Origin: Geosiphon pyriformis uo1
Lineage: Eukaryota; Fungi; Glomeromycota
NCBI GenBank assembly: GCA_016748015.1
Contig: JAAOMT010000657.1
Coordinates: 310,001 to 374,000 of the forward strand
Direction: 5' to 3'
Length of the DNA: 64,000 nt
A program made the position numbers and the translations under genes. Under the pieces are notes generated by a model. It ran no database searches, was not told the origin of the DNA, and saw only the letters and a list, made by a program, of their open reading frames with translations. How positions within the stretch are numbered: position 1 is the first letter of the stretch; each line of letters begins with the position of its first letter. Shown here piece by piece: positions 36,895 to 50,066 of the stretch.

Positions 36895-39800
36895 GTAGTT
36901 TTGTGTGGAAAATTGCGATATGCAATGTCAGAGAGATAAACAATCCTGCTAAGCAAGCCGATGTTATTCATTGATACAAAAATATGAACAATATGATTTC
37001 CATAGTTACTAAAACAAAGTTAAGATGTAAGGTTTACTCTTGGATTGCTAATAGGTTTTCTAGTGTGCATGTTTTCATCTCTGGCTTGAATTCAGGTTAT
37101 CTCGGTTCTGGTGTAGCTATCATTATAGATGTTGCTTTGGCCAAACATGTGTATAGGATTTCTGAAGTTCCTGGTCGTCTTCTTGCTCTCAAGCTGCTCT
37201 TCAAAAACAAACTTTCTGTTTCCGTTTTAGGTCTGTATGCTGGTGCATCTGCGTCAATGCATTTGTTACAAGTTGATGAAATAAATGCTTTGATTGCTGA
37301 TGATGTGAATGAATCTTCCTTCGTAATTTTGGGCAGTAACTTCAATAAGAATGGTTCTTGTAAGAGTGCCAGCTTCAAGAAGTGTGGTGCATTAGGTCTG
37401 GTTAATTCTCTTATCAATAGTGTATTTCTGAAAGCTCCAACATAGAGTAATTCTCAGGGTGTGGTGAAAACAATTGACTATCTGTTTGTGTCTCCTAATT
37501 TGGTCAATGCTATAGTGGATTGCAGTGTCCTGGATGTTAGTAAATTCTTTGATACTAACTACCAGTCCGTCTTGATGTTGGTCAGTTTGGGTGAATTGTT
37601 AGACACACATCTGTGCTTGCTTTGCAAGCAGGCCAATAGGGATCACTGGAAGTATAATTTCAAAAATGCTGATGCCACTTTATGGTCAAAGTTCAAAGAA
37701 GCTATAGTGGCAAATTCTGCCATGTTTGCTGGTGGTTTTTTAGAAGCCAAAGAGTGCTCAGACTTAAATGCTATGTGGGATGCTATTCATAGAACAATGT
37801 GTTTTTCAGCTAATGAGGTGTTTAAAAAAAAATGGTTCAAGGAATCTGATGGAGTTTTCACCAAATGTTTATCTAGATTCTATAGATTGGAGCTTCTGGT
37901 TTCTAAATTGGTTAAAGCTTCCTGTTCAGTTAATTATAATAAGTTTGTTTCACTGCTAGATATCTGGGGTTTTTTTGATTCCATTAATGCATCTGTGGTA
38001 AGGTCTCTCTTTCTCTTAGGGTCTCCTTTTAACAGCATCCGTTCAACTTTGTCCAAAGTCAGGAAATCCTATCGTGCATCAAAATTGTTGGAATCAAAAT
38101 GCACTGAGGATTTTCAGATCAGATTGGCTATTAATAAAAGGATGGAAAGTTTTGAATCGAACAAAGGCCATACTATCAGAAGTGTTCTGAAACAACCTTT
38201 TTGCAAGATGGTATTGGATCATCTGGTTGTTGAGAATGAGATGATTTTGGAACCTGATCCTGTCAATCTAAGGTGGATGAGATCATAGAGGGTTAAACAT
38301 GGAAACATAGTGTAGTTCTGGATGTTAATGATAAATGGTCTCATCAATATTGACCATTGGAATATGTTTTTGATGATGCTTTTACTGACACTATGGGCTG
38401 TGTAAACTTCGATGTTCTGTCTAGTGTGGTTTTAGATCTGTCTGATAATAAAGCCACTGGACTCTCGGGCATCTCTAATGAACTGTAGAAAAATTGTGAC
38501 AAATCTGTTCTCGATATGCTCTTAGTGCTTATTAATTTCTGTCTTTCAAGTGAATCGGTGCTTAGTGCTTAGAAAGAGGCATGGGTCTTAATAATTCCTA
38601 AACCATATGAATGGAAGGGAGTCCTTATGAATGCTCACCCTATTGTCTTGATTGAGACAGCCCATAAAATTCTCTCCAAAATTTTCTCCAAAATTCTCTC
38701 TGATAGGATCTCGTTAGCATACAGCAAGTTTGATGTTCTTTATAGGGACAATTTTTCTGTTTTTAAGGGTACTATGATGCAGTCTCCCATCTTTGCTATA
38801 GGCTTGGTGATTAAAAATACTCTGGAAAAGAACTGGGAGCTCTGGCTAGTTTTGTAAGACATGAGGAAGGCATATGATTCTGTTGGTTGGGAGCACCTTG
38901 AGAAGAGTCTGGTTAGAATCAAAATGTGTGGCAGCTTCATCTGCTTCTTTAGGGGTATTTACATGGGTTGTACCAATCGGGTTATGACTGATTTCAGTTT
39001 AACTAATAGCTATTATGTCCATGATAGTTTAAATTAAGATGAAGTTTTCTCCTCTCTTTTGTGGTGTATTTTTTATGATCCTTTTTTATGTGAAGTCAAA
39101 AGACAGGAGAGTGTGTGTGGATACAGATTAGTGTTCCATTACATATTGAAAAATGGTTGTGCTGAATCTCGGACTGGCCTCTTTTCATTTCTTGCTGCCG
39201 GTGCTTTTGTTGATGATACAATTTGGGTTGGGAGTAGTCAAACTGCTACTCAACATATTCTAGATGTGGCTAGTGAGTTTTACCAGATCAATAACATCTC
39301 TATTAACAATAATAAAACTGTGGTGATTCTAATCAACTGCTGTATTGATAGACCTTCTCTTTTCATCAGTGGGATGCCAATTACTATTGCCAGAAAAGAG
39401 GAGTTCCATCGTTATCTGGGTATCTTCCTCTCGACTGAGGATTTTTCAAAGCCCAGTATGGCAAAGACTCATTCGGACGTTCATTTTTTTTCCAATATGG
39501 TGCTTAAAAAGACTGTCTCTGATAAACAATTTTTGTATTTGGTGTCTGCTGTTCTGTATCCTATTGCCAGCTTTAGAACACAGTTTAGTTTTATACTGGT
39601 TAGTGTGTGTTACAAGTGGGATGCTCTAATCAGAAAGAGCTTGAAGTTGAAATCAGGTTTACCATCTGATTTCTCTAGTGATACTATACACCACCTGTTT
39701 TTCTATGGTTTGAAATCTTTTGTCCAAATTCAGTTAGAGGGCAAGGTGGTGTCTTTTATTTGTTTTACAAACTCTGGTGGTGTTTTGGGTCATTTATTTT

Positions 39801-41589
39801 CTCACAGGTCCCATGACTTGCAAGTTTTGTGTTGGCATCCTGTCCATTCTCTGTGCTTTCCTGTCCATGTTTATGTTAGTCCTTTCAACAATTTTCTTGC
39901 AGGCTTGGTTCACATTCTTCTTGAAAACAGTTTGTCTTTGGGTGGTTATTTGGGCAACTTTTTTCTGTCACGTGGTGGGGTACCAATGTCTACTGTTCTC
40001 GGTGAATCAAAATTTTTCCAGTTTTTTCCTTTTCTCTGGTGACATGGCATTGCCTTCATGGACCAAATTCATGATCACCGTGGTTTCATTTTTGATTGGC
40101 TTACCTTCAAGTGGTAGAAGAGGCTGGATCCATGTGGTTCTGTTTCTGAGTGGTTTTGGCTTTCGATCATGTTTCTCAGTAAAGTGGCATCTCTTCCTCC
40201 ACGTCCTCCTGTTTTGGATGCTGTTGGCTCTCCTAGTATTGTCTCTTCTCAAAGTTTTAATTTTATTTATAATTAACTCTCCCTTGTTGTTGCTGATGCT
40301 ATTTCAGTGTACACAGATGAGTCTTTCAAGGGCTTAGACATGTTTGGCTGTAGAGCCAGTGCCAAAGTTTTTTTTAAAGACATTGGTTTGGGGTTAGGTG
40401 TTAGTGTTTCAGGTTCGATGTCATCAACTTTGGCTGAGATGCAGGCCATTGCTTTGGCTCTGAAATGTGTTCCTTTTTTCAGTTCTGTTTGTTTGTTTTC
40501 TGACAGTCAATCTGCTTTAAATGCGTGTAAATCGGAACTTGGTTTGATATGTCCAGATTTTTGCAATCAGTGTTGGGTTGAACATCGGCACATTGTGAAC
40601 ATTATTTGGAATAATAATTTGAGGGTAGATTGGTGCAAGGTGAAGAGTCACTCTAGAATCCCAGGAAATGACTGAGCTGATATGATTGCTGATGCTGCCT
40701 CTCTTTCTGTCTGGTGCCTTTCTCTGTGCTTGAATGAACATTTCTTGGTAGCTGATAGTAGTGTGGTCTTTACCAACTCTAGACACTTTGTTCGAGATAT
40801 TTTTCGTTCCATTAATCATGCTCACTGGAAAGTTGGGTTAGGTTCAAAGTTTTTGCCTGATAGTTTACTTTCTGATGTTAATTGGCATTGCTCCTTATTT
40901 GTATGGCATCCTAACCTGCACATGGCTTTTGGATTTACTAGCAAGTCTTCGATAGATCTACGCACTTATTTTATGAAAGCTCTGCACCACTGGCTACCAG
41001 TGGTCATTTACAAGCATCTTTATAACAGGCATTACCCCAGTGTATTGTGTTTACATTATGGCAAAGTGGAGGTGTCAGATCATGTTTTCACCTGTGAATT
41101 TGATTGTGGTGCTTATTGCCAAATTTTAGACTTCTACATGAGCTCTTGGAGTGTACTTTCTGGTTTATTTGTTTCCTCTTCTAGTGTTTTGCAGTTGTTG
41201 TCTACTTGTGTCTCAGATGTTTTTGTGTTTACGGCTCTGTTTAAGGGTTTTGTTTTTGATGGGTGGTATTGTGAAGCTATTTCTTTTAGTTCTGATCCCA
41301 AGCTTGCTCACTCAAGGGTTGTTGAATTTGTATGGTCTTTTGGTACTGCTTTCAGAACTGAAGTTTGGTTGGTTCATGTTAAATATTGTGTATTCATAAA
41401 AAAAATGATCATATTTTATTGGACGGGTCAGTTTCTGTCCTGATTTCTGGTTTGGGTTCTAAATTCTCAGCTGGGGTAGTTAGGTTACTGGGTGTTGCTG
41501 AAGCTATAAGTGTTCATTTTGGATATCGTAAACAGTGTGCATTTTTTTCTGGTGTTGATAATTCTGTTGTAGTTCATATAGACATATAG
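36891..41589 (+). pseudogene. LINE ORF2: AP endonuclease, RT, RNase H, C-terminal CCHC; disrupted
   Basis: APE motifs ICNVREIN, TKTKL, ILGSNFN, TIDYLF, TNY; RT motifs HPIVLIE, DMRKAYDSV, AFVDDT, RYLGI; RNase H YTDES, LAEMQAI, FSDSQ, VKSHSRIPGND; CLHYGKVEVSDHVFTC. Confidence 0.93.
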
Positions 41590-42617
41590 TATTGTTCTGA
41601 TCAGCCTGAGTGGCTGGTCACATGTGAAAATATGCATAATTTACACCTAGTTTAAATCATTTCTTTGATGTATTGTTCTAAGCAGTGTTTGGACCTCACT
41701 CATAAAACATTAATAAAAAAAAAATCTGTTTATTATTGTGAATTATTGGATTTTAAAAGCTTTAATATAATTAATATTATTATTTATTGAAATTTTTTTT
41801 AGTTGTTAACAGTTTTTGTAAATATTGCAATTATTAAAACCAAATTTTGTATTTAAGTTTTTAAAAAACAATTTTTTTAATATTTATTATTATTATCATT
41901 ATTAAACATACAAATTTAATTATTATCTATATAATATAACTATATAAAGTTTTAAATTAGATATAATTTATGTGTTTTTTACATATAATTAAACATAAAT
42001 TTAATTTAAGCTAATCTATATTAAACCAAAAAAAGCTGAAAATTCAATTTATCTAATTTATTAATAAAATTATTTAATTATAACTATTAAAAATAAATTA
42101 TTAAAAAATAATTTGGTTTTTTTTATATTATTCTTAATATTAAAATTAATTATTTACTATAATAATAATAAATATTTAAAAATTAAATTACTTAAAAAAA
42201 AATTTTAACAATACTTACTTTATTATTATTTATTTAACCAAAATTTATTTTAATCTTAAAATTGGCAAAATTTTTAAATAAATCAGCCAGAATTAAAACA
42301 AACTTTTAATAATATTTTTTATTATAATCAAAGTAAATTTTATTTTAAGATTTTTATGATTATTTACAGCCAAAAAAAAGTTAATTAATTTAACAACAAA
42401 TTTTACCAATATAATTATATCAAAAATTTGATATTTTAAAATATTTAATCTAAAATTATTCATAAAATTAACAATAATAATAACAAAAACAACCAAAAAT
42501 ATAATAATAAAAGAAGTCAAAAAAACAAAAGTTTTAACATAAATTTAATATTAGTAAAACAAAATTTTGAAATTTTGAAATCATTTATTATAATGGATTA
42601 ATAAATTTGTAACAACC

Positions 42618-42671
42618 TCGAAAAAGTACGTGATTTAATAGTGTGACACGTGACTTTATTTGTTTCGTCGA
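42618..42671. promoter_or_regulatory. CpG-retaining micro-island with E-box CACGTGAC
   Basis: Five CpGs in ~52 bp (CACGTGAC 42647-42654, TACGTGA 42627-42633) within very AT-rich, CpG-poor DNA. Confidence 0.4.
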
Positions 42672-43380
42672 TCAGTTTTAAATTATGTAATATTAATTAT
42701 TTTTATTGATTAAAAATAAATTACATATATTATATTACATGGTTTTTAAATTTAATGTATGTTATCTGTATATTGTAATATAAAAACACATTAAAATTTT
42801 TGATGCAACTGCTTTTATTCTTGCATAACAAAAAGTTTTTTTTGTTTTAAATAGTGTTTAAATCACAAAAAAAACTTATATATTATAGATATAAGCATAA
42901 AAATTTGTGTACTAGATATAAATTATAGATTCTAAAGTGTTAAAAACAACAGATTATACAAAATTTAATTTTTCAAACTATTTTAGATAATATTCACTTG
43001 AATGTATCAATTAGTACTGTAATTAATAATATATTAGTAATTTTAAATATAACACTTTATATATTATATATTGTATTAAGATTAATATTTTAGTGTAAAC
43101 ATAAGACAAAAAAAAATAACCAGTTTGTTTTTAAAGAAAAGTATATATATATGTTTAGTAAAAAACTATGTGTTAAAAGACTAATGTTATTTCTATTTTA
43201 ATTTAAAATCTATTTCTAATGTAAAACTGGCCAATTAATTTTAAAATCATGTTAATAAAGATCTATTCCAATCAAGTAATTAAATGCTTATAAATAATGA
43301 TAAAATTTTTGGTTATAATTTTAGTTATATTTAGCATTAAATTTTCTTATATTTATTTAGCTATAAGATTTTGTACCAGT

Positions 43381-44560
43381 TATGTTTTTGAAACATGAGA
43401 AAATATTAATGTAATTATAAAGATCTATGGTAAACAACAAAGATTTAAAGTTATCTAAAAAAGATTAAAACAACATTCAGATGGCAGTATTAAATACTGT
43501 ATTTTTGAATGCAAATTTAGCAGTCAATACAAACCAAAAATAAATCAATGTTCAAAATTATTAAAACACCAAATTAAAATATCAAAAATATAGTTAATAT
43601 ATAAATATTAACTATACCAAAAACTTATACAAAATAACTTTTACCATTTTTAGCAATATACACAATTATTTATTATATTACAATATTAAAAAATATGCTT
43701 TGACATATTGAAAAATTTCAGATAATATTTTTTAGAAGATCTGATTTTTTATAAAATGTACAAATTTATTAATTATTACCCAAAAAAAATTATTAAAAAT
43801 GAAATTTTTAATAGTATTTATTCTTGATTGTAACCTTATAAATACAATATAAAAATTTAAAGTTCATAGTAATAAAAAACATAATACATTTTGCTTGTTA
43901 ACAATTTTTATGAATTACAAAGCAAATAATTCCAAATAGATTATAAAGTTTGAAATTAATAAAAATTGACTTACCTGTGTATTTTGAATGTTTCCTATAA
44001 AAGTTGTTTTTTGGTTAAAGTACTATAATGTTGTTTTAAATAACAATACAACAAAGACTAATTATTATTAAATGTCAAGATTTCATCTTATTACACAAAC
44101 TTTTGTATTAAATAAAACTGCCAAATCATATAAATAGATTTTAAAATACACGAAAAAACAACAATGATAAAACTATTAGTGTTTATTATTGATGCTAATC
44201 TTGCAGCAAATACAGTAATCACTCAAGTATATAAAACAACTTATCAAATTTATTGTATTTTTTAAATTAATAAAAACTTATCAAAAAATCTTAAGTTAAA
44301 GCTTCACAATTAATATAAAAGCTTTGTTCACAATTTTTTTTCATGTTTTAATAGTTTATGTAAAAAAAATATTTATAAATAATGATTACAACATATTAAA
44401 ACATATATTAATGCTAAAAATTACCTAATAAAAGCTTTTTATCCCAGCTAACAAACATGAACTTATGTATTTACATCAAAAATATTTACTGTAGAAACTC
44501 AAACTATTTTTTACATTGAAGATTTTAAAAATATTATTAAATATATGCTTTTAGCAAATA
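43381..44560 (+). pseudogene. MULE/Mutator (FAR1-like) transposase relic
   Basis: Manual translation: FET*ENINVIIKIYGKQQRFKVI*KRL..FECKFS (FAR1 domain); HNY(H); VF*MFP; VVLNNNTTKTNYY*MS (DNTxKTNRY motif); FIIDANLA (TDAD); FTSKIFTVETQT (TTSRVE region); truncated by LINE 2. Confidence 0.75.
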
Positions 44561-44564
44561 ACAG

Positions 44565-47500
44565 TTTTTTTTTTTAATGCTTAATAAGCAAAGTTCAAAC
44601 ACTACCTAAAACTATACATTAAAGAAATGATCTAAACTAAGTATAAATCATGCACTTTCTACATGTGACCAGCCACTCGAACCAGTCAGGACAACACTAC
44701 ACAATTATATTAACAAAAACTGAGATATCAATACCTGAAAAAAACAAACAAAGTTTGCGATAGCCAAAACAGACACCAAAAGCCTCAGAAATCCCAAGCA
44801 ATTTAACCACACCAGCCAAAAATTTCAAAGCTGAGCCAAAAACCAAGATGGGAGCTGAGCCATTCATAGAGATCAGTCCACATTTCTTTATGAAGGCACA
44901 ATGCTTAGCATGAACCACCCAAATGTCATTTCTAAAAATGAGACAAAGAGAGTGCACAAACTCAGTGATTTTAACTCTAACAACTCTGGGATCATGAAAG
45001 ACAAAAACAGCCTCCAAAAACCACCCATTAAAAACAAAACCCTTGAAAAGAGCCGAAGACACCAAGAGATCTAAGGCACAGATCAAAAACAACTGCAATA
45101 TACCTAAAAGAGGAAGAAAAAGACCAGAAAGTTCTCTCCAAGAGGACACACAGGAATCCAAAATCTTGCAACAGGTGGAGTTATTGATTGTGCAAAAAAA
45201 CACATGATTAGACATCTCTACCTCTCCACAATACAGGCACAGAACACTGGAATAACATTTACCATAGAGATGCTTATGAACAGCCACAGGAAGCTGATGG
45301 TGCAAAGCCTTCATAAAGTAGGTACAAGTATCAGCAGTGTGCCTGCTGGTAAAACCCCCAGCTATGTGTGAATCAGGATGCCATACCTGGGAAGAGCTGA
45401 GCCAATTAACATTTGAAAGCAAACCACTTGTTAGTAAACCAAAACCAGAACCAACCTCTCAATGTGCATGACAAACAGCACAAAAAACATCTCTAACAAA
45501 GTGCCTAGAATTACCAAAAACAATACCACCATCAGCCACCAAAAAATGTTCACCAATGCAAGGAGAAAGGAACCAACCAGAGAAAGAAGAAGTGTCAGCA
45601 AGACTGTTGGCACAGTTATTTTCCAAAATGCCAAAGTGGCACTTTATCTTGCATCAGCTGACATCCAAATTCTTGCTGTGAATAATATTTCTGATATGCC
45701 GATGCTCTATCCAACACTGATTGCGAAAGTCAGAACATATCAGATTCAACTCCAATTTACAAGCATCCAAAGCAGCTTGACTATCCAAAAACAAACAAAC
45801 AGAGCAAAATGTGGGTATACACTCCAGGGTCAAAGCAATAGCCTGTAGCTCCACCAAAGTAGAAGAAACCAAACCACAAACACTAACACCCAAACCCAAA
45901 TTAATGTCTTCAAAGAAGGTGGCAGCATCAGCCCAATGTTACTTATAAAAATATAGGAAATATATATTAGCATAGTTATTAGCCAATCAGAAGTAGACAT
46001 AGTAAAATATGGAATTTTAGGATTCCTCTTAGGAATTGCAGGATTCCAGGAATTACAGGATTCTCACAAGAAATTACAGAATTCCAGAATTCCAGAATTT
46101 CAGAAATTGCAGGATTCCAGGAATCCCAGGATTTCTGTTGTGAAGAATTGAGGAATTGAAAAATCTCAATTATGTATATATAGCAGTAGGATTAGAAGCT
46201 AAAAAAAGGGACCATAAGTTTAGATTTCATCTAGACAATCTTCTAAACACAATAAATAGCTATTTGGTATCTCAAACCTAAGTCCACTATCAACACTCCA
46301 TGTTGATAGTAATTGATACTTAAACACACTGGAACAATAGCTCTTGATCATGGCTATTGATGAAATACTGACTTGCAAAATTGCCTTGGCTTATTTATGA
46401 TTTTCTTTTATTTCTTTTATTTATTTTATTTTGATTTTATTGTTGTGCACTAATTGGTTGAATAAAGTGCTAGATTACTGATGTCAAAGCTTGTCTAGTA
46501 AAAAACCTCTGTAAGAGGGTAGAACATGTACAGAAGATACGGAATACTTACCAGAGGATTGTCAGCCATTACGCCGAGAGAAGAATTGACAGAATTGTAA
46601 TTCTGGAAAGCTATGGATAAAACAACTATTGAATTTCTGTCCATTATACAAAGAACTCAACCCAAAACCTTTAGATACAAAACCTTCAGATACAAAATCT
46701 TCAGATTAATAACATCAATGCGAATAACTTTTAGCACCAAGTTATGGGTTTGTTATTTGATTCAACACCCCAAATAATTACTCATAACACTAACAACCAA
46801 TTGTGCCCAAATTTTTGAGAGAACTATCAGTATAAACAGACAGACAATTAGAGCCCACTTGAAAAAGACAATCATAGACAGACACAAAATTACTGGAACC
46901 ACAAATGTTTAGAGAGCCAATACCAATCAAATCCAAAGAAGGAGGAGGTAGACCAACAAGAAACGCAGTAGAAATCTTGAACTACTCAGGAACCAGCCCA
47001 TGAGGGTCTAGTCTTTTCTACTGCTTAAAGGTGTACTAGTCAAAGACATCTCCATGATGATCATGAAGCTGATCCACAAAGACAATGTCATAACACCAGA
47101 GAGAAGGCAAAAACTTACAAAACAAAGACTTGCCCAGAACAGTAGATATAGGGATCCCATCATAAAGTTGAAAAGAGTCGGCCAAAGGGCTGTCCAATGA
47201 TAAATTGCAGTCAAGAAGAATGTAAACCATATCTGACAAAAAATTATTGAAAGCACTGACACGAATATGAGCAGGAGAACTTAATGGATAAATGGGGCAC
47301 CAATATAAAACTTGCAAGTCATGAAACCTGTGACTGAACAAACGACTTAGAATCCCTTTAGAGTTTGCAAAACTGATAAGTAAAGCAACTTTACTCTCAA
47401 ACTGACATTGTAAAAAGGACTTCAAACCATAAAAGAAAAGATAGTGAATTATGTTATCAGGAAAATCAAGTAAGAGACCAGATTTCAGTTTCAAGCCCTT

Positions 47501-50066
47501 GTGAATCAATGCATCCCACTTATTGCAAACATCAATAGGAACAAAACTAAACTGCATTCTGTAGCTGACTATAGGATAGAGAACCACCAAAACTAGATAC
47601 AAAAACTGCTTATCCAAAACTGCTTTTTTCAAGACCAAATTAATGAAAAAATGAACATCCAAATGTGTTTTAGCCAAACTAGGCTTAGAAAAACCTTCAG
47701 TAGACAGAAAAATACCAAGATACCAATGAGACTCTTCTCTATAAGCTACAAAAATAGGTGAACCACTAATAAAAAGAGATAAAGTGCTGACCTTACTATT
47801 GATGAGAATGGCCACAGTTTTGTTATTATTGATTGAAATGTTATTGATCTGAAAAAATTTACTAGCAATATCAAGAATATGTTGGGTAACAGCTTGACTG
47901 CTATTCACCCAAATTGTATCATTAACAAAGACTTCAACAGTGAAAAAAGAGAAAAGCCCAGTCTGAGACTCAATGCGACCACTTCCAGAGACAAAGTGAA
48001 AATTAAGCCTATACCTGTATACATTCTCCTGATGCTTGACTTTACACAAAAAGGAGTCATAAAATATGTGCCACAAAAGTGAAGAAAAAACTTCACCTTG
48101 GTCTAAACTATCATGCACCTGATAACCATCAGTCAAACCAAAATCTGTCATAATCCGGTTGGTACAATTTTTGTGAACACTACCAAAAAAATGAATAAAT
48201 TTGCCACACATTTTGATTCTGACCAGGCTTCTCTCAAGGTGTTCTCAGCCAACCAAATTATATGCTTTCCGCATGTCTTGCAAAACAAGCCAAAGTTCCT
48301 GGTTCTTCTTTAGAGCATCTTTGACCACTAAACCAATCACAAAAATAGAAGACTGAGTCATTGTACTCTTTAAGACCGAAAAATTGTTACCACATAAAAC
48401 ATTATGAGCACTACAAGCTAGCAAAATCCTATCTGAAAAAATCTTGAAAAGAATTTTCTGTGCTGTTTTGATCAAAGCAATAAGATGGGTATTTGTAAGA
48501 ACACTCTTCCATTCATAAGGTTTGGAAATCATTGAAATCCAAATCTCTTTCCAAAGACTAGGCATTGACTCACTAGACAAACAAAAATTCAAAAAAACTA
48601 GAAGCATATCCAAAACTGATCTATTACAATGTTTTCAAAGCTCATCAGAGACACCTGAAAGACCAGCAGCTTTGCCATCAGGCAGATCCAAAACCACACA
48701 AAGCAACTCATCACTTCCAATCAAACTTATTATGCCAAAGAAAGCCTCATCAAAAACGTAATCCAAAGGTTGGTATTGACTAGACCAAATATCAGAGACG
48801 TCATCTTTTACTTCACACTTCCTGGTCTATCTTTCCATAATAGCATTCACCTTGGACTTAACCAAATTGGGCTCAAGAACCAACTTATCATTCATGACCA
48901 AATGATTTAAAACCACTTTGTGAAAAGAATAGTCCAACACACTTTTGATGGTACAACTCTTGTCCAATTCAAAATTTTCCATTCTCTTATTAATAGCTTG
49001 TCTGATGTGAGATTCCTCAGCATGCTTAGATTCTAGCAGCTTAAAAAAATGATACAATTTCCTAGTCCTGGCTAGAGCAGACCAAATAATATCAAAACTA
49101 GCACCCAAAAAAAAAAGAGACTTTACTGCTAACGCACTAGTAGAATCAAGCTTATTCTATGCCTCCAACAATGAAACAAACTCATCATTAGAAATCAACT
49201 GTAAAGTCTTAACCAACTTGGAAACCAACAGTTCTAACTTATGAAACTTAGAAGACTCTTTGGTAAAAACACTATCAAAACCCTTGAACCAGCTTTTTTT
49301 TAAATGTACCATCAGTTAAAAAAACCATGATTTTGCGAACAATGTCCCACATAGTGTCCAAATTCGAAAAATTCACAGCAATACCAAATGCATTAGCAAA
49401 CATAGAAGCATTTGCAGCCATAGTGTCCCTAAACTTGAGCCATTTTTGTTTCATTGGTATTATTAATGTCAAATTTCTAACAATCTCTATTCGCTTACTT
49501 GCAAAGATAATTCAAATGCATATTCAAAAGTCTACCCAAATCCAAAGACACAGAAACAGCTTGGTAATCAGTATCAAAATGTTCACTGACATCTAAAACA
49601 TCACAATTTACTATCACACTGACCAGATTTGAGAAAACAAACATGTAATCAATTGTTTTTACAACACCCTTAGAATTTGCCCAAGTGTGTATTTTGGCAG
49701 CCAAGCTTCCAACTAATGAGTTGACCAGCCCTAAGTCAAGGCACTTCTTAAAACTCACACACCTACGAGACCCATCTTCATTGAAATTACTGTTGAGGAT
49801 AACAAAAGAAGACTCATTAACAGCCCTTATTATGAGAGAGTTGATTTCATTAGTCTGAGAAAACCAAACAACCGAAGAGGCCCCAACATAAAGCCCCAAG
49901 ATCGACATCGAAAGTTTATTCTTGAAAAGTAATTTAATAGATAGAAGCCGGCCAGGCACCTTAGAGACCTTACACACATGCTTTGCTAAAGAAGAGTTCA
50001 AGACTATTACAATACCAGCACCCATAAATCCAAAATTTAGACCAAAAGTAAACACCCGAAAGCCAT
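44565..50066 (-). mobile_element. LINE 2 (same clade as LINE 1), ORF2 and 3' tail; 5' part displaced by copy E
   Basis: Poly(A) 44565-44575 on minus; fragments 49495-50055 (APE), 48245-48613 and 47036-48211 (RT), 45654-45899 (RNase H), 44697-45422 (CLYCGEVEMSNHVFFC), all collinear with LINE 1. Confidence 0.93.
45937..46789 (+). mobile_element. Solo LTR of family A inside the RNase H domain of LINE 2
   Basis: TGTTAC...ATAACA termini; TSD CCAA (45933-45936)/CTAA (46790-46793); LINE frame VYTDSSLKNLGTIGC|ADAATFF rejoins across it. Confidence 0.92.

Larger units (their letters stand above)
34924..41724 (+). mobile_element. Apparently full-length non-LTR retrotransposon (LINE 1) with ORF1 and APE-RT-RNase H ORF2
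   Basis: Higher GC than flanks; poly(A) 41715-41724; candidate TSD AATCTGTT (34916-34923/41723-41730). Confidence 0.9.

Noticed and set aside
38666-38701. 12-bp tandem duplication in LINE 1 RT (KILSKIFSKILS)
   Set aside because: Copy-specific slippage absent from LINE 2; no functional implication
46005-46160. Short regular repeats as a CRISPR-like array
   Set aside because: Degenerate ~9-bp tandem units without unique spacers, inside an LTR U3
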